Shown: piece after piece, positions 17,480 through 24,706 of the stretch
Layout of the letters: the number at the start of each line of letters is the position of its first letter
How positions within the stretch are numbered: the first letter of the stretch is position 1
From: a virus
Taxonomy: Duplodnaviria > Caudoviricetes
Direction: 5' to 3' (one strand)
Length of the DNA stretch: 25,801 bases
IMG/VR virus record: IMGVR_UViG_3300008450_011334
Span: 1-25,801 of that record
Position numbers and translations under genes: made by a program
The notes under the pieces: generated by a model
What the model was told of the DNA's origin: nothing
Database searches by the model: none
What the model saw: only the letters and a program-made list of their open reading frames with translations

Positions 17480-17923
17480 GCACTTTGGAAGTTTAGCAAT
17501 TTAAACAAGTACGGTAATTGGAGGCACAGGATTATTTCTTGGCCTGACAATAAACCATTCTCACATGGTCCTGGTTTCGGTAAAGCAGTTGGTGCAAGAC
17601 GTTTTAAATACGATTTTGAACACATGTATGCTCCAGCTATATTTGTATCTCCAATCAGCAAACAAAAATACATTGTACCTGGTTGGCAAAAAGTTCATCC
17701 TGATACTCAATTAAGCGATATTAATTGGATTAAACCTGAACCTAAAAAAGCAGAAGTACCTCAAGAACCACAAACTTGGAAATTTGAATCAAGTAGTGAT
17801 CCAGGTAGTTTCTATATTGTACGACAAGTTGGTCTTACTTTTAAATGTAATTGTCCAGGCGTATGGCGGTCTAAAGATCGTAAATGTAAGCATATTAAGG
17901 AGGTAGAAAAATGTGCAAAGTAA
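17477..17923 (+). CDS. SWIM zinc-finger protein
   Basis: ESSS....Y.V......CNCPG......CKHIKEV (CxC...CxH). Confidence 0.85.
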   Translation: MALWKFSNLNKYGNWRHRIISWPDNKPFSHGPGFGKAVGARRFKYDFEHMYAPAIFVSPISKQKYIVPGWQKVHPDTQLSDINWIKPEPKKAEVPQEPQTWKFESSSDPGSFYIVRQVGLTFKCNCPGVWRSKDRKCKHIKEVEKCAK

Positions 17924-18285
17924 GCTGGTGTGTAAAAGAACCACTAAAATACATGAATGGTGTTTCTAAAGCATATTGTGAAACTCACGTTCAGTATAAA
18001 AAATATGCTTCAAATGCTCCAGTACGTCCTTGGTTAATGTATAAGGTAGAAAAAGTAATCAATAATGATTTAATTTGTGAACATTGTGGTTTAGATATGG
18101 TTAATCATTATAAAGATACTAATCTAAAAGCTATTATTACAGCAATGGATGTTGACCATATCAACCCAGCTATTAAAGGTACACCAGAAGGTGAACAACC
18201 AAGTAATTATCAACTACTTTGTAAAATGTGTCACATTATTAAATCATATGATGAAGGTGATTATATAAATAAAAAATATAGATAA
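17911..18285 (+). CDS. HNH endonuclease
   Basis: CEHCG...MDVDHINP.......SNYQLLCKMCHIIKS; extra N-terminal C/H cluster (CKVSWC...YCETH). Confidence 0.85.
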   Translation: MCKVSWCVKEPLKYMNGVSKAYCETHVQYKKYASNAPVRPWLMYKVEKVINNDLICEHCGLDMVNHYKDTNLKAIITAMDVDHINPAIKGTPEGEQPSNYQLLCKMCHIIKSYDEGDYINKKYR

Positions 18286-18509
18286 TGGCAAGAAGTAAAG
18301 CATATGGGGATCAACCAGTAGTAGTTGTCTTCAAAACATCAAATCGTTCAAACGCTCAAACCAAAATGAAAGTGTTCAACAATCGTAATATCGATGAGAT
18401 AATCGATGTTAAAGTTAAACTACCAGGTATCCCCGAAACAGCAGTGTGGCTTGAGGTAGGAATTGGAGAGAGTTTTATCACCAAATTTGGCAATAAGTAC
18501 AAAATTTAA
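18285..18509 (+). CDS. Hypothetical protein
   Basis: 74 aa, TAATG coupling. Confidence 0.7.
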   Translation: MARSKAYGDQPVVVVFKTSNRSNAQTKMKVFNNRNIDEIIDVKVKLPGIPETAVWLEVGIGESFITKFGNKYKI

Positions 18510-18510
18510 T

Positions 18511-18518
18511 ATATTTAT
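18511..18518 (+). promoter_or_regulatory. ATATTTAT motif (candidate late-type promoter)
   Basis: Intergenic, 23 nt upstream of ATG 18542. Confidence 0.55.
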
Positions 18519-18541
18519 CACATATAATTAAACTATAAAAA

Positions 18542-19225
18542 ATGGCAACACGTGCTTTAATTGGATACATGGAAAATGGAGTTTTAACTTCAACCTATAA
18601 CCATTACGATGGCTACCCTGAAAACTTAGGTAAAGCTTTAAATACATTCTATAGTACACCTGAAAAAGCAAAAGAAATTGCTAACAAAGGTTACATTAGC
18701 TATGTTGATCCCGAAACAGGTGAAATCGAAGCTAAAAACCAAGACACTCCAGATAAATTAGATTTAAACAAATTAGATCCAGAACAAGCAACTTTAGAAG
18801 TAGCAGATTTGGTAGATTCATATGGTGCTGATTATGCTTATTTCTATAGTGCAGATGCTGGTTCATGGGATAATATCAAAAACTATGGTAAGAGACAAAT
18901 GTCGGATGCTTTAGAAGGTATTTTATTCCAAGGCAGTGAAAAAATGGATGAATCTATTGATGAAGCTAAAGACGTTAAAGGTCATGTAATGATGTTACTT
19001 GATAAAGTAGAATCAAAACTTAAACCTGAAGAAAAAGATATGTTTAGTACATATCAAGAATCCGTAATGCGTGATGTTAAAGCAGGTGGTTCACGTTTAA
19101 CTCAATACGAAGATTTTACATCTGAAGATATGGTTGAAGATTATAAAAACTATATTGCTGATAAAATGGATATTGATGAAGCATTTGTGCGTCAGATGCA
19201 ATATAAAGCAGGTATTATTAAATAA
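18542..19225 (+). CDS. Phage protein: N-terminal YxHxDGYP domain + acidic C-terminus ending in RQMQYKAGIIK (candidate virion-internal protein)
   Basis: MATRALIG...YNHYDGYPENLGKAL; MDE/IDE/IDE sites; short C-terminal amphipathic tag. Confidence 0.7.
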   Translation: MATRALIGYMENGVLTSTYNHYDGYPENLGKALNTFYSTPEKAKEIANKGYISYVDPETGEIEAKNQDTPDKLDLNKLDPEQATLEVADLVDSYGADYAYFYSADAGSWDNIKNYGKRQMSDALEGILFQGSEKMDESIDEAKDVKGHVMMLLDKVESKLKPEEKDMFSTYQESVMRDVKAGGSRLTQYEDFTSEDMVEDYKNYIADKMDIDEAFVRQMQYKAGIIK

Positions 19226-19234
19226 AAATATAAA

Positions 19235-19678
19235 ATGAAAAAAGCAGATAACTTTGACGCTAGTAAGTGGTTAGTAGAAAACAAAATCACTTTTCAATCT
19301 CGTTTAAATGAAGAAGAAGAATATTCAAGCGAGAGAATAAATCAACGTGATGTAGAAATAGCAGGTGGGGAGGTTATTAATCATACCTTTGATACTATTG
19401 ATATGATTGATCTAGGTAATGGATATAAAGTAAAAGTCCTTTCTACATACTATTTTAGAGATCCAGGAGTAAAAGGATACAGTGATTCTACTAGTGAAGA
19501 AAATCCTATGATAAGTGGAGTTAAAACCACATTAATGGACCCATCAGGTAAACCTATTAAAAATCATAATTTTACAGGTTCAGGTCAATGGTGGATGCTT
19601 ACCTCAGGAAAAAAATACTTTATGCCCCAAATTAAAGCATGGTGGGAAGAAAAAATGAGTAGAATGGGTTTAGAATAA
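19235..19678 (+). CDS. Phage protein with N-terminal DNFDASKWLVENK...RLNE leader (candidate virion-internal protein)
   Basis: Leader ends in LNE followed by an acidic run; the remainder is unrecognised. Confidence 0.7.
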   Translation: MKKADNFDASKWLVENKITFQSRLNEEEEYSSERINQRDVEIAGGEVINHTFDTIDMIDLGNGYKVKVLSTYYFRDPGVKGYSDSTSEENPMISGVKTTLMDPSGKPIKNHNFTGSGQWWMLTSGKKYFMPQIKAWWEEKMSRMGLE

Positions 19679-19699
19679 TTTAAAATCATTCTAAATGAA

Positions 19700-19728
19700 A
19701 AAGGGAGGTGGCTTTGTCATCTCCCTTT
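19700..19728 (+). terminator. Stem-loop, probable intrinsic terminator, overlapping the next promoter
   Basis: AAAGGGAGGTGGC-TTT-GTCATCTCCCTTT: 13-bp stem with two G-U pairs, 21 nt after the 19678 stop; short U tail. Confidence 0.7.
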
Positions 19729-19736
19729 CGTATATT
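19707..19736 (+). promoter_or_regulatory. Variant promoter GGTGG-N19-TATATT embedded in the hairpin
   Basis: TTCGTATATTTAC as at 20306-20318, with TGG at the same spacing. Confidence 0.6.
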
Positions 19737-19742
19737 TACCAC

Positions 19743-19883
19743 ATGATGAAAGAAGAGCATAAAATAAATGGTTTAGATGTTCGTCACGTAGCTCAAATCG
19801 TGCGACGTAAAATGATTACTCGTACTAAACCCAGTAAAAAAGTTTATTCTCGAAAAAATCTTAAAAAAGATTTGGAATCCTAA
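19743..19883 (+). CDS. Small basic hypothetical protein (46 aa; start revised from 19695)
   Basis: MMKEEHK...RRKMITRTKPSKKVYSRKNLKK; the upstream in-frame extension is the hairpin/promoter. Confidence 0.7.
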   Translation: MMKEEHKINGLDVRHVAQIVRRKMITRTKPSKKVYSRKNLKKDLES

Positions 19884-19900
19884 GGGATTGTTCGTATATT
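19871..19900 (+). promoter_or_regulatory. TTTGG-N19-TATATT promoter-like element
   Basis: TTTGG 19871-75, TATATT 19895-900. Confidence 0.75.
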
Positions 19901-19901
19901 C

Positions 19902-19924
19902 ACGACATAGAAATAAAGGTTATG
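19902..19924 (+). repeat. 23-bp direct repeat, copy 2
   Basis: Identical to 17457-17479. Confidence 0.9.
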
Positions 19925-20281
19925 AAAAGATTTGAAATAGAAAAACAAGAGTTATTTATTGCGTTAGCAAGTATTTTGAATACTAAAGGTGCTGACATTG
20001 AGATGGAAAGTAGTTGGGATAGTATCAACAAAACAATTGAATATATTAATGTTCCTGTAATTCGTGGGTACATGGGTCCTGAAGGTGAGGGATTTTATTT
20101 TAGAGCTCGCCGTGATTATTTTGGTTTAAGTGCTGATAAGTTATTTAATAGTTTTCCAATCAATATTGATGGTTATAAGTTTGAAGCAGTAAGTTTTAGT
20201 GATTATGAAGTTGATGATGATCGTACTTGGTCTGAAAGTATTAGTTTTATTGTTACTAAAGATGGCAAAAACGTCATCTAA
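19922..20281 (+). CDS. Hypothetical protein
   Basis: 119 aa ORF with its own promoter motif. Confidence 0.75.
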   Translation: MKRFEIEKQELFIALASILNTKGADIEMESSWDSINKTIEYINVPVIRGYMGPEGEGFYFRARRDYFGLSADKLFNSFPINIDGYKFEAVSFSDYEVDDDRTWSESISFIVTKDGKNVI

Positions 20282-20285
20282 AAAA

Positions 20286-20315
20286 TTTGGTTTCCTGAAA
20301 GATTGTTCGTATATT
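20286..20315 (+). promoter_or_regulatory. TTTGG-N19-TATATT promoter-like element
   Basis: TTTGG 20286-90, TATATT 20310-15. Confidence 0.75.
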
Positions 20316-20340
20316 TACCCCATAAGATAAAATAAGAGTT

Positions 20341-20715
20341 ATGAAAGATAATAAATTTTTGACAAACAAGTGGCTTGAAATTAAGAAAATGTTCGAAGCC
20401 AACACTAATGGTTCTAAAGAGTATGGTTCGAATTTCGAACTTGATGGTGAATTAGATGAGTTGACTCAACACTTCCTAGGTTATATTGCTAAATTGACTT
20501 TGTCTAAAGGTTTTGATGCCGAAGTAGAAGGTGTTAAATTAGATCTTTGGAAAGAGCGTATTTGGAGTTTGATTGAAAACGCAGGTTTGCTTCCAAATAT
20601 TGCTTGGAAAGATGAACTTGAAGAAGAAAAAGAAATCGAAGATACTTGGAACGAGTACAATGATGAGTTTGATATTGATATTGATGCTTTAGAAAAACAA
20701 GCTTATGGATTCTGA
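20341..20715 (+). CDS. Hypothetical acidic protein
   Basis: 124 aa with a D/E-rich C-terminus. Confidence 0.75.
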   Translation: MKDNKFLTNKWLEIKKMFEANTNGSKEYGSNFELDGELDELTQHFLGYIAKLTLSKGFDAEVEGVKLDLWKERIWSLIENAGLLPNIAWKDELEEEKEIEDTWNEYNDEFDIDIDALEKQAYGF

Positions 20716-20839
20716 AACTAAAGAACGTTTGTATAAAGAATTGATGGGTATCCTAATGTCACTTGAAGAAGGAGATTTTAATGGAGCCACAATGGAACTT
20801 GAATATTTAATTAACCAAATCAAATTTGACCAACTATGA
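20705..20839 (+). CDS. Small helical hypothetical protein, 44 aa (not in ORF track)
   Basis: MDSETKERLYKELMGILMSLEEGDFNGATMELEYLINQIKFDQL*; fills the gap and has an ATGA overlap with 20836. Confidence 0.75.
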   Translation: MDSETKERLYKELMGILMSLEEGDFNGATMELEYLINQIKFDQL

Positions 20840-21117
20840 AATTCCTAGAACTAACAGGATACGGAAATAGTTTTAAACACATTATTTCTCTTAAATCAGT
20901 CTCAGACATTACATTTGAACCTAGTTACACACATATTATACTCAATAATGGTACTTCAGTTAATGTAATTGAAAATAAAGAAGAAATCATTCAGATGATC
21001 TATCATCTTGAAGGTTTTATTACCAATAAAGAAGCAGCTTCACTTAATGAATTTTATCAACATAATGGTAGTGATGCTTGGGATGTATCAACACATGATG
21101 ATGAATTGCCTTTCTAA
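20836..21117 (+). CDS. FlbD-like small beta protein with acidic DDELPF tail
   Basis: MKFLELT......IS...V..I.....T.I.L.NG..V.V.E....I pattern. Confidence 0.6.
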   Translation: MKFLELTGYGNSFKHIISLKSVSDITFEPSYTHIILNNGTSVNVIENKEEIIQMIYHLEGFITNKEAASLNEFYQHNGSDAWDVSTHDDELPF

Positions 21118-21345
21118 ATGAAACCAAAATTTGTACTTGATTTACATGGTATTAAACACCAGGATGTAGAACACACTTTAGAGAATTTTTTCCTATGGGA
21201 AAACAATATCATCTCACAATCAATTCAAGTAATCACAGGAAATTCAAGCGACATGCAAAAAGTAGTTTGCAAATGGCTTGATTCCAATGAATTTTCTTAT
21301 TACATTCCCGCACATAATACAGGAACAATTTACGTCAATGGCTGA
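21118..21345 (+). CDS. Stand-alone Smr (small MutS-related) domain protein
   Basis: LDLHG, VITG, N.G motifs. Confidence 0.85.
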   Translation: MKPKFVLDLHGIKHQDVEHTLENFFLWENNIISQSIQVITGNSSDMQKVVCKWLDSNEFSYYIPAHNTGTIYVNG

Positions 21346-21667
21346 AAAAAAAGGATTTACTGGAAAACTTCGTTATGATTTTAATGAAGCGCGTTGTTTA
21401 GAAATTTACATGGAATCACTGAATCGTTACTTTAGGGTAACGTGTAATGATTTTCGTTCTTGGGGAGGTAAACGTCGCATCTTGAATGTTGATGATCCTA
21501 AAAATGCTTTTTATGAAGATTATTTCGGACCCGTCTATTATTTAGGTACCAATACTAAAGTATCAGCAGATAAGCTTGAACCAAAAACAATGCTACCTCC
21601 AGAAGGAGATTATCGTTCTTTTGGTAAATTGAGACCACATGAAAGACATTTGTTAGATAAAGTTTAA
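21338..21667 (+). CDS. Hypothetical protein (start revised from 21278)
   Basis: MAEKKGFTGKL...RVTCNDFRSWGGKRRI; ATG 21338 gives the usual short overlap. Confidence 0.7.
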   Translation: MAEKKGFTGKLRYDFNEARCLEIYMESLNRYFRVTCNDFRSWGGKRRILNVDDPKNAFYEDYFGPVYYLGTNTKVSADKLEPKTMLPPEGDYRSFGKLRPHERHLLDKV

Positions 21668-21675
21668 ATATTTAT
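21668..21675 (+). promoter_or_regulatory. ATATTTAT motif (candidate late-type promoter)
   Basis: Intergenic, 19 nt upstream of ATG 21695; followed by the interrupted palindrome ACAAC-T-GTTGT (21680-21690). Confidence 0.5.
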
Positions 21676-21694
21676 CAACACAACTGTTGTTTAA

Positions 21695-22801
21695 ATGAAG
21701 TTTAGCATTAGTACTACGTTCTACAAAAGGGATTTTGCTGTGGAAGAAATCTATAAGCAAGTCCTAGATCAAACCCATAATGATTGGGAATGGATAGTTA
21801 CAGATGACTTTTCAGAAGAACATAGTGCTGAAGCTTTACTTTTAGATATTTGCTCTCAAGACTCTAGAGTAAAATATTTCCCCCAAACACGTAAAAAAGA
21901 AATGTATTGGAACCCTCAAAAAGGATGTTCTGGGGAATTTGTTTTACAATTAGATAGTGATGATTATCTATATCCTAGAACTTTAGAAATATATAATCAC
22001 TTATTTTTAAAACATCCTGAGGTAGCTGGTATTAGTTGTTTAAGTCATACTGTTGATGCTGACGGTGAGTGGATTGAAATCCAAGGAGGTGGACTTTACG
22101 ATTCAGGAGAACATAATAAATTCCCTTACGTGCCAATGGGTAAGGCATTCCGAAATATATTTCCGGAATTTGATAATGGTACATTAAAATGGTATCAACA
22201 AGATACTAATATAGTTAGACACATTGAAACAATAGGTAAATGGTTATATCTACCTAGAGTACAATACAAATACTTCTATTCAGATACTACTATATCTCGA
22301 GCACCCGGCCGAACACAAGAAGATTTTATTTCAATAGAAAAAGAACGTTTATTTATTGAATCAAAATTTCCTTATTTAGATAATCCTGACCAAACAACTG
22401 CTTTCTTATATTATCATCCAATTCAAGATACAGCTAGGGACTTTGCTTTAGCTGATTTCAATATAGGTAAACAAAGGAAAAAAATATTATACGTTAAAGA
22501 AGATATTAAAGTATACGAAAAACAATTACTTAAAGAATTATTCTTTGACCAAGATTTATACTTTGATATAAATCAAAACATTAAATTTGATGAAATAATA
22601 ATCAGAATTAATCCTAAAACATTTGCTGTTTTAGATTCTATTATTGATAAATTAAGAGAAACCAATATTCATACTAGTGTAAAACTTAGATTAGATACTA
22701 GAGATAATATTGATGCTTACGAATTTTTAACTAATAAATTTCCGGGTGGTTATGGTTGGTGCCAAAGTGGATGTGAAACTTATTTTATTACTGCATTATG
22801 A
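21695..22801 (+). CDS. Glycosyltransferase family 2 with C-terminal extension
   Basis: FSISTTFY, DQTHNDWEWIVTDDFS, GEFVLQLDSDDYL. Confidence 0.9.
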   Translation: MKFSISTTFYKRDFAVEEIYKQVLDQTHNDWEWIVTDDFSEEHSAEALLLDICSQDSRVKYFPQTRKKEMYWNPQKGCSGEFVLQLDSDDYLYPRTLEIYNHLFLKHPEVAGISCLSHTVDADGEWIEIQGGGLYDSGEHNKFPYVPMGKAFRNIFPEFDNGTLKWYQQDTNIVRHIETIGKWLYLPRVQYKYFYSDTTISRAPGRTQEDFISIEKERLFIESKFPYLDNPDQTTAFLYYHPIQDTARDFALADFNIGKQRKKILYVKEDIKVYEKQLLKELFFDQDLYFDINQNIKFDEIIIRINPKTFAVLDSIIDKLRETNIHTSVKLRLDTRDNIDAYEFLTNKFPGGYGWCQSGCETYFITAL

Positions 22802-22989
22802 CAAATGAGGAAAGAATCGAAGAAAGACTAGTACATGCTTTCGAACGTGGTTACTATCATAAGGTACTTGATAGAGTTAGTACTTTAAAATTAACAAACC
22901 CTAAAATAGATCATTACGATGCATTCGAAATAGCTTGTACTGAATCTAAAAACGAATGGTTACAAATTAAAAATATAGATGATAGATAA
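22798..22989 (+). CDS. Hypothetical protein
   Basis: 63 aa, coupled to both neighbours. Confidence 0.7.
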   Translation: MTNEERIEERLVHAFERGYYHKVLDRVSTLKLTNPKIDHYDAFEIACTESKNEWLQIKNIDDR

Positions 22990-24010
22990 AAATAATATTT
23001 GTGTTATAATAGGAAGTTACCCAACAACCTATTTAGACAATAGCTTACTCGGATTAACAATCGAAAGTTGGAAACAACAAGGATATGATATTTGCTTAGT
23101 TTCTCACATCCCACTCAACCCAGATATTCAAAAAGCAGCCAAATACTCTATCTACACAGATGAGAATGATATTCTTAAATTTGATAAGTACTCGGATGTA
23201 ACTTACTACTATAGTTGTCCTGAATTCTTATATCAATCAAATTGGGGAAATACAATAGGTAAACATTCATTTGCTGTATTAAAGAATATTCAAAATGCTT
23301 TATATTTCTTAAAATCTAAGGAATATACCCATTTTATATATGCTGATTCAGATAGTTTTCTAAATATTGAGGAACATAATTTTCTAGAAAACAATTTAAT
23401 TGAAACAGATTTCCTAAATAAAAATACTTGGTTTATGACTGAGTACTCTGGAACTGTATTTTTACCTGCCTCAAGTATGTTTGCTGGTAATATAGATTAT
23501 TTTTATTCTAAATTAGAACAATTCAAAACAACTAAAGAATATCTTAAATATTGTGGGACAGGATATAGTTTAGAATCATTTTTTAGTAAAGTATTCTTTG
23601 AAACCGGTTTCGGAGACAAAGATATTATTTTAAATGATCCTGCTAGAAAAATATTTACAAATCCTTGGTATGGTATCTCATCAAATGGAAGTAATTTAAT
23701 TCCTGGATTAAAACATAGAGATTGGTGGCTTGATTTTGTTCGTGATGATAAAGACGAAAATGTTATTTATTTAATTATAACAAATAGTGCTTATCAATTT
23801 GATACTCAAGTTAAACTGTATAAAGATAATCAATTAGCAACCGAATTTACTCACGTAACAGGACCATTTCTATGGATTAGGTTAGATGTGAATGAAACAA
23901 AAGATTGGAAAGTAGAAAATTGGATCAAAAACGAAAAAGTAAAAGAAATAAATTACTCAACAGAAGAAATAAAAAATAATATATATTCATTCCTAAGTTT
24001 GGTTAATTAA
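22979..24010 (+). CDS. Hypothetical protein, possible divergent GT-A fold
   Basis: ICLVSH.P, H.FAV...IQNA.......YTHFIYADSD (DxD after a beta strand), LES.F. Confidence 0.55.
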   Translation: MIDKNNICVIIGSYPTTYLDNSLLGLTIESWKQQGYDICLVSHIPLNPDIQKAAKYSIYTDENDILKFDKYSDVTYYYSCPEFLYQSNWGNTIGKHSFAVLKNIQNALYFLKSKEYTHFIYADSDSFLNIEEHNFLENNLIETDFLNKNTWFMTEYSGTVFLPASSMFAGNIDYFYSKLEQFKTTKEYLKYCGTGYSLESFFSKVFFETGFGDKDIILNDPARKIFTNPWYGISSNGSNLIPGLKHRDWWLDFVRDDKDENVIYLIITNSAYQFDTQVKLYKDNQLATEFTHVTGPFLWIRLDVNETKDWKVENWIKNEKVKEINYSTEEIKNNIYSFLSLVN

Positions 24011-24027
24011 AAAATTATTAGTATATT
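23998..24027 (+). promoter_or_regulatory. TTTGG-N19-TATATT promoter-like element
   Basis: TTTGG 23998-24002, TATATT 24022-27, upstream of ahpC. Confidence 0.65.
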
Positions 24028-24044
24028 ACAACAAATAAAAAATT

Positions 24045-24656
24045 ATGTTAGTAGGTAAAGAATTTCCGTTAGCATTCCTTAAAGCAGCAAATTATGTTGA
24101 TGAACATATTGACATTATTGAGGAAGCTAAGAAACAGGGTAAAAAGATATTGTTATTTTGGTACCCAAAAGATTTTACATTTGTTTGCCCAACCGAACTA
24201 CATGCTTTTCAAGCAGCACTACCCGAATTTGAAGCCCGTAATACAATGGTATTTGGAGCAAGTTGTGATAGTGTAGAAGCACACCAAGCATGGCTTCGTA
24301 CTCCAAAAGACAAAGGTGGTATTGAAGGTGTTACATATCCAATTCTAGCAGATACAACTCGAATACTAGCCAAAACATTAGATATTTTAGACTACAATGA
24401 AATGTTTTGGTATCAAAAAGAGGGTGATAATGTAACCTATAGAGCAACATATTTAGTCGACGAGGATGGTATAGTGTTTCATGAAAGTATAAACCACATG
24501 CCATTGGGACGCAATGTAAATGAATACCTACGTTTAATAGACGCTTATACACACGTACAAGAAGTGGGAGAAGTATGCCCCGCCAATTGGAAAAACGGTG
24601 CAGAAGCAATAAAAAAAGATATAGACAGTTTAGTAAATTATTTAAAAACTAATTAA
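24045..24656 (+). CDS. ahpC: Typical 2-Cys peroxiredoxin (AhpC/TSA)
   Basis: YPKDFTFVCPTE (peroxidatic Cys), RATY, GRN..E..R, GEVCPANW (resolving Cys). Confidence 0.95.
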   Translation: MLVGKEFPLAFLKAANYVDEHIDIIEEAKKQGKKILLFWYPKDFTFVCPTELHAFQAALPEFEARNTMVFGASCDSVEAHQAWLRTPKDKGGIEGVTYPILADTTRILAKTLDILDYNEMFWYQKEGDNVTYRATYLVDEDGIVFHESINHMPLGRNVNEYLRLIDAYTHVQEVGEVCPANWKNGAEAIKKDIDSLVNYLKTN

Positions 24657-24706
24657 GCAAGCTTGCGCAGACACACCCACACCCTTAATCCGTATATACG
24701 ATAAAA

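Noticed and set aside
19695-19742. N-terminal extension of the 19695 ORF (MKKGGGFVISLSYIYH)
   Set aside because: It is the translation of the hairpin and promoter; ATG 19743/19746 is the more plausible start.
17421-20343. Repeats as a CRISPR array or IS ends
   Set aside because: Copies are hundreds to thousands of bases apart, separated by whole genes, coincide with promoter/leader positions, and no transposase or integrase is present.
522-24609. Minus-strand ORFs (522-704, 1021-1221, 4936-5199, 6508-6735, 14598-14780, 17455-17673, 24331-24609) and nested + ORFs (2101-2292, 24094-24276)
   Set aside because: All lie essentially within well-supported + strand genes, are short and lack recognisable motifs; they are shadow ORFs.
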